DNA from: Patescibacteria group bacterium
Lineage (GTDB): Bacteria; Patescibacteriota; Patescibacteriia; CAIXNZ01
DNA: 64,000 nucleotides
NCBI GenBank assembly: GCA_028714455.1
Contig: JAQTMG010000001.1
Span: 64,568 to 128,567, forward strand
Direction of reading: 5' to 3'
Shown: positions 1 to 8,336 of the stretch, piece after piece
Layout: the number at the start of each line of letters is the position of its first letter
Numbering within the stretch: position 1 is the first letter of the stretch
Notes under the pieces: model-generated
What the model was told of the DNA's origin: nothing
Database searches by the model: none
Seen by the model: only the letters and a program-made list of their open reading frames with translations
Made by a program: the position numbers and the translations under genes

Positions 1-58
1 CGCTTGTAGTGTCGATTGTGGCAGTTATTATTGCCGGATTAAATAAATTTAGCATAAC

Positions 59-87
59 TTGACTAAAATATTAACTCTTGCTAAGAT
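59..87 (+). promoter_or_regulatory. sigma70-type promoter upstream of the structured leader and rpsF operon
   Basis: TTGACT-17 bp-TAAGAT. Confidence 0.6.
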
Positions 88-218
88 GCTTACACAACAT
101 TAAAACACTATTCCACCCCGCCTCGCGGGGACAATCCGGCTAAAGCCGAGATAAATGAAACCCTCGAGGTTTCAATGGTGTGATTTCTAGCTCAAGGCCC
201 AAAGCTCCAAGCTAATAT

Positions 219-240
219 AATCCCGCCATGGGATTTTTTT
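219..240 (+). terminator. intrinsic terminator-like hairpin upstream of rpsF
   Basis: AATCCC-gccat-GGGATT followed by a T run. Confidence 0.55.
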
Positions 241-293
241 AATGCCTACAAAAAAATTCATAATTCTTAATTCATCATTCATAATTAATATCT

Positions 294-779
294 ATGAGAA
301 TCGAACACTACGAAATCCTTTACATTCTGCCCATGTCCTACACTACTGAAGAAGTAAAGCCGATTACGCAAAAAGTCGCTGAATTAATTAAAACAAATGG
401 CGGCACCATCGCCAAGGAGCAGGATTTAGACAAGCAAAAATTTGCTTATCCAATCAAGAACCAAAGTCATGGCTATTATTTTGTTTACGAATTTGATTTG
501 CCGACTGATAAATTAGCCGCGCTAAATCGCATCTTACAACTGACAAGTGAAGTTTTGAGATTTATCGTCGTTAAAAAACAAATCAAATCAGCCGAACAGA
601 TTAAAGAGGCGGCCAGAATTCAGGAAAAGATTGCCAAGAAAAAAGAAAAAGCCATGGTTGAGGAAGCCAAGGTTGAAAAAGTGAGCAAGGAAAAAGAAAA
701 AGAAAAAACCAAAATTAGCCTCGAAGATCTGGATAAAAAACTTGACGAGATTCTCGACGACACAAAAGAAATGCTATAA
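294..779 (+). CDS. rpsF: 30S ribosomal protein S6
   Basis: YEILYIL...FAYPIK...GYY...EVLRFIVVK S6 motifs with a charged C-terminal tail; rpsF-ssb-rpsR synteny. Confidence 0.95.
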   Translation: MRIEHYEILYILPMSYTTEEVKPITQKVAELIKTNGGTIAKEQDLDKQKFAYPIKNQSHGYYFVYEFDLPTDKLAALNRILQLTSEVLRFIVVKKQIKSAEQIKEAARIQEKIAKKKEKAMVEEAKVEKVSKEKEKEKTKISLEDLDKKLDEILDDTKEML

Positions 780-932
780 AATATAAGAGCTAAAAGAGCT
801 ATAAGAAAAAGATGAACTAAAGGATAATAGGAAAATGCGCATCCCTTTCCTCCTTTAAACCTATAGACCTATCGCTCCTATAAATAACTTGCAAACTTAT
901 TTAATTTAATTAAACTAATTAACCAAAGTCAT

Positions 933-1391
933 ATGAATTTAAACAAAGTAATGATCATCGGCAATTTGACTCGCGACCCAGAAGTGAGATCAACGCCTGC
1001 CGGCGCTTCTGTCACGAGCTTTTCAGTCGCTACCAATCTCGTCTGGACCGATGCGAACGGACAAAAACAGGAAAGAGTCGAGTATCATAATGTAGTCGCC
1101 TGGAGACGTCTGGCTGACATCATCGGCCAATATCTAAGAAAAGGAAGCAAGGTTTACATCGAGGGCCGATTACAAACGCGCGACTGGGTGGGCCAGGACG
1201 GCGTAAAAAGATACAGAACCGAAATCATCGCCGAAAACATGATTATGCTTGACAGGCCAGGGAACCAGCCGAATCAACCAACTTCACCAGCGCCCAGCGC
1301 TGATATTCCGGTGATCGAACAAGAAGCCGCTCCAAAAAAGGAAGCCGAAACCGAGAGCGATGAAATTAAGCTTGAGGATATTCCTTTTTAA
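933..1391 (+). CDS. ssb: single-stranded DNA-binding protein
   Basis: MNLNKVMIIGNLTRDPE OB-fold start; C-terminal EDIPF tip. Confidence 0.97.
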   Translation: MNLNKVMIIGNLTRDPEVRSTPAGASVTSFSVATNLVWTDANGQKQERVEYHNVVAWRRLADIIGQYLRKGSKVYIEGRLQTRDWVGQDGVKRYRTEIIAENMIMLDRPGNQPNQPTSPAPSADIPVIEQEAAPKKEAETESDEIKLEDIPF

Positions 1392-1432
1392 TCAATTTGA
1401 AACTGTGGATTTATATAAATAATTATCTAATT

Positions 1433-1687
1433 ATGCCAATACAAAGAAACAGAAAGCCGCAGCAAAGAAATAATCCCGAAAAAGTAGTCAGAGAATGTTA
1501 TTTTTGCCAAAATAATATCAACGACATTGATTACAAAGACGGCCAGTTTTTGAGACGCTGGCTTTCTTCATACTGCAAAATAGTGCCAAGACGCAGAAGC
1601 GGAGTTTGCACCAAGCACCAGAGAAAACTTTCTCAAGCGATCAAACGCTCCCGCTACATGTCTCTCTTGCCCTACACACAAAGATAA
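1433..1687 (+). CDS. rpsR: 30S ribosomal protein S18 (Zn-binding type)
   Basis: CYFC...IDYKD...KIVPRRRSGVCTKHQRKLSQAIKRSR; ATG at 1433 preferred over the TTG at 1397. Confidence 0.95.
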   Translation: MPIQRNRKPQQRNNPEKVVRECYFCQNNINDIDYKDGQFLRRWLSSYCKIVPRRRSGVCTKHQRKLSQAIKRSRYMSLLPYTQR

Positions 1688-1705
1688 AAAATTAAACAAT
1701 TAGTT

Positions 1706-2272
1706 ATGATTTCGAGTTTAAACGATATTAAAAAGGGTCTAAGCATTAATTTCAACGGCGAGCCATTTATCGTGTTGGAAGCGCGCTTTGTCAGAATGCA
1801 ACAGAGAAAACCCGTCATGCAGACAAAACTGCGCAACCTGATCACCGGTAAGGTGCTGGAATATTCCTTCAAACAGGGCGAGCGCGTTGAAGAAGCGGAC
1901 CTCGAAAGGGGCAAGGCGAATTTTTTATACAAGGATGACAGCTTTGCCAATTTCATGGATAACAAAAGCTACGAGCAGTTCACCATACCGCTTGATGTTT
2001 TGGGCGACAAAATTAAATTTTTAAAAGAGGGAACCGAGTGCGACGTTTTATATTATGAAGGAAATCCGGTCAGCGTCGATATCCCGATAAAAATAACTCT
2101 CAAAGTTACTTCCGCGCCGCCAGGAGTAAAAGGCGACACAGCCAGCAATGTGACTAAACAGGTTACTTTGGAAACCGGCGCCACAATTAATGCTCCGCTA
2201 TTTATCAAAGAAGGTGAAAATATAGTTGTTAACACTGATACATCCGAATATGTAGAGCGCGCCAATAATTAA
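1706..2272 (+). CDS. efp: elongation factor P
   Basis: TKLRNLITG, PPGVKGDTA, LETGATINAPLFI, YVERA motifs. Confidence 0.96.
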   Translation: MISSLNDIKKGLSINFNGEPFIVLEARFVRMQQRKPVMQTKLRNLITGKVLEYSFKQGERVEEADLERGKANFLYKDDSFANFMDNKSYEQFTIPLDVLGDKIKFLKEGTECDVLYYEGNPVSVDIPIKITLKVTSAPPGVKGDTASNVTKQVTLETGATINAPLFIKEGENIVVNTDTSEYVERANN

Positions 2273-2284
2273 AATCTCCGGAAC

Positions 2285-2313
2285 AAAAAATCGACGCTAG
2301 GCGCCGATTTTTT
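2285..2313 (+). terminator. intrinsic terminator after efp
   Basis: AAAAAATCGACGC-tag-GCGCCGATTTTTT hairpin with T run. Confidence 0.65.
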
Positions 2314-2324
2314 ATTGAGAGATA

Positions 2325-2353
2325 TTGACAAAAATCATTTTTAGCGCTATCAT
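2325..2353 (+). promoter_or_regulatory. sigma70-type promoter of the small ORF at 2377
   Basis: TTGACA-17 bp-TATCAT, followed by an AAGGAGGG ribosome-binding site. Confidence 0.75.
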
Positions 2354-2376
2354 TACATAAATAAAAAGGAGGGAAG

Positions 2377-2523
2377 ATGAAAAAAGAAAAAGTGGCGACT
2401 GGCGTTGCCAAAAAAATGACCAACTGGATGCTTCGGGGGAAAAGGCATCAGGTCATTCCCAACAAAAAACGCGACACACGCCACCCCAAGCACCGGCCAG
2501 ATTATCGCAATTGCGATGACTAG
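2377..2523 (+). CDS. 48-aa basic protein, possibly an ArfA/BrfA-like ribosome rescue factor
   Basis: Not in the ORF track; translated by hand as MKKEKVATGVAKKMTNWMLRGKRHQVIPNKKRDTRHPKHRPDYRNCDD; has its own promoter, strong SD and terminator. Confidence 0.65.
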   Translation: MKKEKVATGVAKKMTNWMLRGKRHQVIPNKKRDTRHPKHRPDYRNCDD

Positions 2524-2586
2524 GCCGGTTTTTTTATAAAGAAAAAACCCGTTCCACTTTCCGTGAAACGGGCTTTGTTTGGCGAG

Positions 2587-3135
2587 TTATCCTCCCCAGC
2601 AGTGCCTGGAAGCGTTCCACTTCCAAATATTGCCGGCTTTGATTTGTCCAATCGCCCACTTAGTCGCGAAAATCGGGTCGTTGGCATTCTTCTTGCTAAC
2701 CCCTGGATTGTGTTCAGGGACAATCTGGAATAAACCGTAATCACCGGTTGGTCCAGACACTTGCGGCCTCCAACCACTTTCGCATTTGATTATGCGATAC
2801 AGCAGATCCACATTTTCGAAGCTTGCTTCTTCTGCCAGATCGCGCACCAGCTGCTTTAGATTGGCTGGCTTGGCTTTGCTAGTTTTTTTCTTGGGCGAAA
2901 AATAAGCCCAAAATTTGCCCTTGCTATCTTTGCGCAAAGTAATTTTGACGTCATTATAGGCAACTCGCTTGCCGTTTGACATCTCGATCAAAACGCTTTC
3001 CATCACGTTTTCTTTTTCTGAAGAAACTTTCTGGACCTGGCGCGATTTGTCATGCGTTCTGGTAGCCAGAGTCAAAAAGGCGAGGCACAAAATTCCTGCC
3101 TCCATCAGCACTATTTTGAGATAAAATTTTTTCAA
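2587..3135 (-). CDS. membrane-anchored lytic transglycosylase (SLT/lysozyme-like) domain protein
   Basis: N-terminal TM; CES...GLFQI...W..W..C motifs; TTG start with AAGGAGG SD. Confidence 0.7.
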   Translation of the reverse strand: MKKFYLKIVLMEAGILCLAFLTLATRTHDKSRQVQKVSSEKENVMESVLIEMSNGKRVAYNDVKITLRKDSKGKFWAYFSPKKKTSKAKPANLKQLVRDLAEEASFENVDLLYRIIKCESGWRPQVSGPTGDYGLFQIVPEHNPGVSKKNANDPIFATKWAIGQIKAGNIWKWNASRHCWGG

Positions 3136-3279
3136 GGTACCCTCCTTGCCGCTTACGGCTGATATTGGTTATCAATGTTTTTTCGCCTTAACCAATTCCC
3201 CTATATTTATAATTTTATAGTTTATCACATAAAAATGATTCTGTCAATTTTAAAACCCCCTGACCGGGGGCTTTAAATT

Positions 3280-4326
3280 CTAGCTATTTGATTCTGCTTC
3301 GTTTAGTTCAACCTTATCCCACACGTCTTTTCTAATCGTCTTAACTATCTTGGGATTATCTTTCAGAAATTGTTTGGCGGTTTCGCGGCCCACGCCCAGC
3401 TTAACCTCGCCGTCTTTTTTGTCTTCAAAATTATAAGTGTTGCCTGATTTTTTGATAACTCCCATTTCAGTCGCGGTGTCCAAGACATCGCCGACAATGG
3501 AAATTCCTTCATTGTACAAAATATCAAATTCACAAGAGCGGAACGGAGGAGCGACTTTATTTTTTACAATCTTGGCCTTAACTCGGTTGCCAATAAATTT
3601 GTCTCCCTGCTTAATCTGGGCCGCTCGGCGCACCTCAATTCGAATCGAGGAATAAAATTTAAGCGCCGTGCCGCCTGTCGTTGTCTCGGGATTGCCGAAG
3701 AAGACACCGATTTTTTGGCGTGTCTGATTTATAAAAATTAAAATGGTTTTTGATTTACTAATAACACCCGCCAGTTTTCTCAAAGCCTGGCTCATCAGAC
3801 GCGCCTGCAAAGCCATGTGATGTTCGCCCATTTCTCCTTCAATTTCAGCTTTCGGCGTCAGAGCCGCCACCGAATCAACTACTATCACGTCGACACCATT
3901 GGAGCGTACTAAAGTTTCCACAATATCCAGAGCCTGCTCGCCAGTGTCTGGCTGGGAAATCAAAAGCTCGTCAATGTTCACTCCGATTTTTTTGGCATAA
4001 TCTGGATCAAGCGCATGTTCGGCATCCACAAAAGCTGCCAAACCGCCTTGCTTTTGCACTTCAGCCACAATATGTTGCGCCAAAGTAGTTTTGCCGGACG
4101 CCTCGGGACCAAAAATTTCAATAATCCGGCCGCGCGGCACGCCGCCAACTCCCAGGGCTATATCCAGCGATAAACAACCCGTTGAAACCGCTTCAACCTG
4201 CATAGCCTTGGCTTCGCCAAGCTTCATAATCGCACCATCACCAAATTTTTCTTTAATCTGCGAAATGGCTGTCTCGGCCGCTCTTTCTCTTTCACTGCTT
4301 TCCCCCTTGTCATTCCTCTTATCCAT
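3280..4326 (-). CDS. recA: recombinase RecA
   Basis: GPEASGKTT Walker [28 protein letters not shown]. Confidence 0.99.
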   Translation of the reverse strand: MDKRNDKGESSERERAAETAISQIKEKFGDGAIMKLGEAKAMQVEAVSTGCLSLDIALGVGGVPRGRIIEIFGPEASGKTTLAQHIVAEVQKQGGLAAFVDAEHALDPDYAKKIGVNIDELLISQPDTGEQALDIVETLVRSNGVDVIVVDSVAALTPKAEIEGEMGEHHMALQARLMSQALRKLAGVISKSKTILIFINQTRQKIGVFFGNPETTTGGTALKFYSSIRIEVRRAAQIKQGDKFIGNRVKAKIVKNKVAPPFRSCEFDILYNEGISIVGDVLDTATEMGVIKKSGNTYNFEDKKDGEVKLGVGRETAKQFLKDNPKIVKTIRKDVWDKVELNEAESNS

Positions 4327-4339
4327 AAAAATGTTTATT

Positions 4340-4407
4340 GAACCACCGATTTATTTACACTGATTACACAAATCCGTGTCATCCGTGATTAAAAACCCGT
4401 GTTTCAG
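4340..4407. repeat. imperfect palindromic intergenic element (GAACCAC...GTGTTTC)
   Basis: ACAC/CGTG subrepeats in inverted arrangement; related to 5071-5140. Confidence 0.45.
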
Positions 4408-4421
4408 ATATCTATTAATAA

Positions 4422-5054
4422 TTATTGAACTAAAATTTCTCTGTAAATCACATTCTCGCTGCTGTGTTTTTTCGATGCTGATATTTTAATGGTATTCAAG
4501 CCTTTTTGCAAATCCAGCGTGGCTAAAAAACCTCCATTAGGGTCTATAAATATTTCCTTACCGTTAATAAAAACTCTGGCCTCTTTTTCTGTTTCACCTT
4601 TGACCTCAATGAAATTCTGGGTTGTGGTCAAGCTCTGCGGTGGCTGGTCGACTTCGAGAAATGGCGGTGTAAATATCTGATTAATCTGTATGCCTAAATA
4701 AATTAACAGGACCAGCAATATAATTCCCATGACGACGTAACGAAATAATTGGGGCGTCATGTAAACCTTGGTTTCCCCTTGAACTTTTTGTTTTTCCAGA
4801 TTTGCGCCCTTATTTATCTCCCGCCCTTTGTTAAAAAGATTTAACAATTTATTGTAATCAAGAGACAGATATTCGGCGTAGGACTTTATCAAATTTTTAG
4901 CGTACAAATCCTCCGGCAGTATCGCGTGGTCATCATTTTCCAGGGCCAGAATCATGCGCTTACTGATCTTGGTATCCTTTTCCACCTGTTCAATTTTGAG
5001 TCCTGCCTCTTCGCGATAGCGTTTTAAAACATGGCCGAGTGTCTCTTCTCTCAT
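4422..5054 (-). CDS. RodZ-like XRE helix-turn-helix membrane protein with C-terminal Ig-like domain
   Basis: TLGHVLKRYRE...ALENDD...LP...YAEYLSLD HTH, single TM, beta-rich tail; follows ftsK as rodZ often does. Confidence 0.8.
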   Translation of the reverse strand: MREETLGHVLKRYREEAGLKIEQVEKDTKISKRMILALENDDHAILPEDLYAKNLIKSYAEYLSLDYNKLLNLFNKGREINKGANLEKQKVQGETKVYMTPQLFRYVVMGIILLVLLIYLGIQINQIFTPPFLEVDQPPQSLTTTQNFIEVKGETEKEARVFINGKEIFIDPNGGFLATLDLQKGLNTIKISASKKHSSENVIYREILVQ

Positions 5055-5070
5055 AAATAAAATGTAATTT

Positions 5071-5140
5071 GAACCACGAAATTTTTATCGCTAAATACAC
5101 GAGAATTTCGTGAGTTTTTCGTGAATTATTTTCGTGGTTT
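5071..5140. repeat. imperfect palindromic intergenic element
   Basis: AACCACGAAA...TTTCGTGGTT perfect 10-bp terminal IR with internal CACGA/TCGTG subrepeats. Confidence 0.55.
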
Positions 5141-7445
5141 AAAACTCATTATTCTTTTCAATTTCTTTTGCTTCCTCTTCGGCGTCAACCTCTTCTGATT
5201 CATCATCTGGTAATTCTAATTCTTCGTCTTCACTTTCTTCGTCAACTTCTTCCGAACCCTCATCGTTTGTTGGCAATTCTGCCTCGTTGTCATCAACTTC
5301 TCTTTCAGTCACTAAAATCTCTCTGGGTTTAGCGCCCTCGCCTGGCCCGACAATACCAGCCTCTTCCAGCAAGTCCATCAAACGCGCGGCTCGGGCGTAA
5401 CCGACTTTTAATCTTCTCTGCAAAAATGAAGTGGAAGCTTTGCCGGCTTGCAAAATTATTTCCTTAGCTTCTTCAAAAAGTTCATCGCCCTGATTTGGAT
5501 CAGAAAAATCAACGCTGCCGTCGCCGTTTAAAGATTGGTGTTTTTCCACAACCGCCCGGTCATAGTCGGGTTTTTCGCCGCTTTCTTTAAGGTAATCAAC
5601 CACGCGATTTATTTCTGCATCCGAGAGAAAGGCTCCTTGCAGACGTTTGGGCTTAGAAAGTTCGGCGCTGGTGTAAAGCATGTCGCCGCGGCCCAGAAGT
5701 TTTTCTGCGCCGGCGTGATCCAGGATTGTTCTGGAGTCAGTGATGGAAGCCACGGCAAAAGCGATTCTGCCGGGGATATTGGCTTTAATTAAGCCGGTGA
5801 TGACTTCAACCGATGGCCTTTGTGTCGCCAACACCAAATGGATACCAACGGCGCGAGACATTTGGGCCAAACGTATAATTAGACCCTCAACCTCATGACC
5901 CATGCTGGACATTAAGTCCGCCATTTCATCGACCACAAAAATTATATAGGGCATTTTTTCTTGAGAGATTTTATTAAAGTCATCGATATTTCTTTTGCCC
6001 ATTTTTTCCAAGACAATATAACGGCGATCCATTTCAGCTATGGTCCACTTCAAAGCGTTGACTGTTTTTTTCACGTCAGTGATAACTGGTGTCAGCAGAT
6101 GAGGTATCTCGTTATAAAGCGGCATTTCCACGCGTTTCGGGTCAACGATAATTAATTTTAAAGTGTCAGGACCATTTTGATAAAGTAAACTGGTTATGAC
6201 GGTGTGCAAGCAAACTGATTTGCCCGAACCAGTTTGGCCAGCGACTAATAAGTGCGGCATCTTGCCCAAATCAGCCACCCAGGTATTACCGGCTACATCG
6301 CGACCAAGCGGAATAGTCAGCAAGGTCTTGCGCTGTTTAAATTCCGGACTTTCCAAAAGCTCGCGTAAGCGTACGATGGCCACCGATTGATTGGGCACTT
6401 CAATGCCAACAAGCGACTTGCCGGGAATTGGCGCTTCAATTCTCAATGGGTGAGCGGCCAGGGCTAGGGCCAAATCATCTTGAAGCGCCGTGATGCGAGA
6501 AAGTTTAATGCCTTCGGCTGGTTTTAAAGTATATTGGGTAACTGTCGGGCCAACGCTAATGTCTCCCATCTCAACTGGTATGCCAAAACTCTCCAGGGTT
6601 TTTTGAATTATTTGTTTGTTGGCAGCGATGTTGCCCGAGGTCGGTTTGCTTAACTTGTCATCTAGCAAATCAAGGGGCAAATCTATTTTGTGATAAATCT
6701 TTTTTGTTTTTGGCTCATCGAGCTTGAATTCTTCTTTAGCCGATTCTTTTTCTCTAGTTTCGATTTTTTTGCTGGCAAAAGTAACCTCTTTTTCTTCTTC
6801 ATTTATAGCTTCGTTAGCTTCCTCGTCTTGTTCTTCTTCATTTTCATCGTACTCCTCCTCTCCGCGAGCAAATTTCAATTTTATGTGATAATACCAAATT
6901 GAAAGGCGATCAAAAATTTTGCCAAAAATCGAGCCTGATTCTCTGAAATTATCAATCGAATTATTAATCATTAACAAAATGGAGATGAAAAAAATCGCCA
7001 CCAGCGTGATCAGGGTCGCCCAAAAACCCATCACATTTTGTAAACTGTAGCTTAAAAATAATCCAACGTAACCGCCGCCACGCCCTTCATCAACGGCTAA
7101 GATAGCGTCACTCAATGGAATCACCAAGTGAAAAAGCGCCGTAAAACTCAAAACAAAGAAAAAGAAACCAACATAACTGATAGTGTTTATTTTTTCTTTT
7201 TTATTTAATAATACCCAGCCCCACAAAATTAAAATCACGGGAAAAGCGAATTTTGTCCAGCCCAAAAATAATGACAAAATTTTATCAATCTCTTCGCCCA
7301 CTCTACCCGCCAAATTAAATAAGCCAAGCAAAGAAATGCCGGCTATCGCGAATAAAAATATGATAAAAATCCACTTTTGCGTTTCTGGATGAATTTCTAC
7401 GCGTCTGATGCCATTTTTAGAGTTCCTATTTTTGTTTTTTGACAT
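5139..7445 (-). CDS. ftsK: DNA translocase FtsK/SpoIIIE
   Basis: N-terminal TMs, PHLLVAGQTGSGKS Walker A, VVDEMADLM, ATQRPS, gamma domain LQRRLKVGYARAARLMD. Confidence 0.98.
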   Translation of the reverse strand: MSKNKNRNSKNGIRRVEIHPETQKWIFIIFLFAIAGISLLGLFNLAGRVGEEIDKILSLFLGWTKFAFPVILILWGWVLLNKKEKINTISYVGFFFFVLSFTALFHLVIPLSDAILAVDEGRGGGYVGLFLSYSLQNVMGFWATLITLVAIFFISILLMINNSIDNFRESGSIFGKIFDRLSIWYYHIKLKFARGEEEYDENEEEQDEEANEAINEEEKEVTFASKKIETREKESAKEEFKLDEPKTKKIYHKIDLPLDLLDDKLSKPTSGNIAANKQIIQKTLESFGIPVEMGDISVGPTVTQYTLKPAEGIKLSRITALQDDLALALAAHPLRIEAPIPGKSLVGIEVPNQSVAIVRLRELLESPEFKQRKTLLTIPLGRDVAGNTWVADLGKMPHLLVAGQTGSGKSVCLHTVITSLLYQNGPDTLKLIIVDPKRVEMPLYNEIPHLLTPVITDVKKTVNALKWTIAEMDRRYIVLEKMGKRNIDDFNKISQEKMPYIIFVVDEMADLMSSMGHEVEGLIIRLAQMSRAVGIHLVLATQRPSVEVITGLIKANIPGRIAFAVASITDSRTILDHAGAEKLLGRGDMLYTSAELSKPKRLQGAFLSDAEINRVVDYLKESGEKPDYDRAVVEKHQSLNGDGSVDFSDPNQGDELFEEAKEIILQAGKASTSFLQRRLKVGYARAARLMDLLEEAGIVGPGEGAKPREILVTEREVDDNEAELPTNDEGSEEVDEESEDEELELPDDESEEVDAEEEAKEIEKNNEF

Positions 7446-7602
7446 AGTAATTTAAAAAATATAAGCGCTAAATTGCCCCTTTTGTATTCAAATTTTATCA
7501 TAAAAATATATATTAAGCAAAACAAAAAAACTCCGTAGGAGTTCAAATAATAAATTTTTCCAATTCCTAATATCTAATACCTAATTACTAATTTCCAAAC
7601 TT

Positions 7603-7660
7603 GAGCGGGGTGACCGGAATCGAACCCCGCACCGCAGGGGTACGGGGCAGGCCGTCACTG
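7603..7660 (-). pseudogene. partial tRNA-Gly 3' half interrupted in the T loop by a CAGG-footed hairpin
   Basis: GAGCGGGGTGACCGGAATCGAA resembles the adjacent tRNA-Gly 3' end; CCCCGCAC...GTACGGGG-CAGG inserted at 7625-7651. Confidence 0.6.
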
Positions 7661-7663
7661 TTG

Positions 7664-7736
7664 AGCGGGTAACGGGAATTGAACCCGTATCTCCAGCTTG
7701 GAAGGCTAGCATAATAAGCCATTATACTATACCCGC
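7664..7736 (-). tRNA. tRNA-Gly (TCC)
   Basis: Cloverleaf: GCGGGTA/TACCCGC acceptor; CTAGC-CT-TCC-AA-GCTGG anticodon arm; GGTTCAATTCC T arm. Confidence 0.93.
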
Positions 7737-7744
7737 ATGATTTA

Positions 7745-7821
7745 TGGTCGGGCTGGTGGGACTCGAACCCACGATCTCTTGGTCCCAAACCAAGCGCGAT
7801 AGCCAGCTTCGCTACAGCCCG
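7745..7821 (-). tRNA. tRNA-Pro (TGG), CCA encoded
   Basis: CGGGCTG/CAGCCCG acceptor; CTTGG-TT-TGG-GA-CCAAG anticodon arm; GGTTCGAGTCC. Confidence 0.96.
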
Positions 7822-7909
7822 TCAACAGCAAGAGTCATGAGATATGAGCAAGAGTATAAACTGTTGCTCAAAACTCTAATCTCAAAACTCACATTGCCGA
7901 GGGGGAGAA

Positions 7910-7951
7910 CCCCGTACTATATTTCGCCTTGCTCAATAAGTACGGGGCAGG
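7910..7951. mobile_element. CAGG-footed hairpin insertion
   Basis: CCCCGTACT...AGTACGGGG-CAGG inserted in the T loop of the outer tRNA-Phe, no TSD. Confidence 0.7.
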
Positions 7952-7963
7952 TCAGACTCCCGA

Positions 7964-8001
7964 CCCCGCACCATCTCACTGCGTTCGATGTGCGGGGCAG
8001 G
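7964..8001. mobile_element. CAGG-footed hairpin insertion
   Basis: CCCCGCAC...GTGCGGGG-CAGG. Confidence 0.7.
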
Positions 8002-8068
8002 CTCGATTTCCTATACTGCCCTCGTCAACTATTTTTAAATTTTCAGACCGGAGTTTATCCCGCACAAA

Positions 8069-8140
8069 TGCCAAGGGGGAGAATCGGACTCCCGACGCAA
8101 GGATTTTCAGTCCTTCGCTCTACCACTGAGCTACCTTGGC
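8069..8140 (-). tRNA. tRNA-Phe (GAA), intact, nested inside hairpin 8059-8167
   Basis: GCCAAGG/CCTTGGC acceptor; AAGGA-CT-GAA-AA-TCCTT anticodon arm; T loop reads TCCGATT (C at position 55). Confidence 0.9.
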
Positions 8141-8178
8141 AAATAAATCCCTGGCATTTGTGCGGGGCTCTACCACTG

Positions 8179-8211
8179 CCTGCCCACCGAAGCACGAAGT
8201 GCGTAGGTGGG
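8179..8211. mobile_element. CCTG-footed hairpin insertion
   Basis: CCTG-CCCACC...GGTGGG splits CTCTACCACTG|AGCTACC (D arm) exactly, no TSD. Confidence 0.7.
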
Positions 8212-8220
8212 AGCTACCTC

Positions 8221-8327
8221 GGCCAGATATAAGTTTGTGTATGAATCGTACGAATCGTATTTTGCGATAAATCTAAAAATACGAATATAATCACTTCTGC
8301 ACACAGACTTATATCTGGCCACGGCCA
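8221..8327. mobile_element. ~100-bp MITE-like inverted-repeat element A
   Basis: GGCCAGATATAAGTTTGTGT ... ACACAGACTTATATCTGGCC (19/20 IR); CGGCCA repeated at 8220 and 8322. Confidence 0.6.
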
Positions 8328-8336
8328 ATTTAATTG

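Larger units (their letters stand above)
7895..8223 (-). pseudogene. outer, multiply interrupted tRNA-Phe copy (pseudogene or intron-containing gene)
   Basis: Pieces at 7895-7909, 7952-7963, 8039-8046, 8168-8178 and 8212-8223 align colinearly with the inner tRNA-Phe; acceptor GCCGAGG/CCTCGGC. Confidence 0.75.

Noticed and set aside
4340-5140. Integron attC sites flanking the rodZ-like gene
   Set aside because: The ends do not fit RYYYAAC/GTTRRRY, the gene is core, and there is no integron integrase.
7588-8232. ORFs 7588-7788, 7744-8232 and 7929-8129
   Set aside because: They overlap tRNA genes and hairpin insertions; the translations are tRNA-shadow artefacts.
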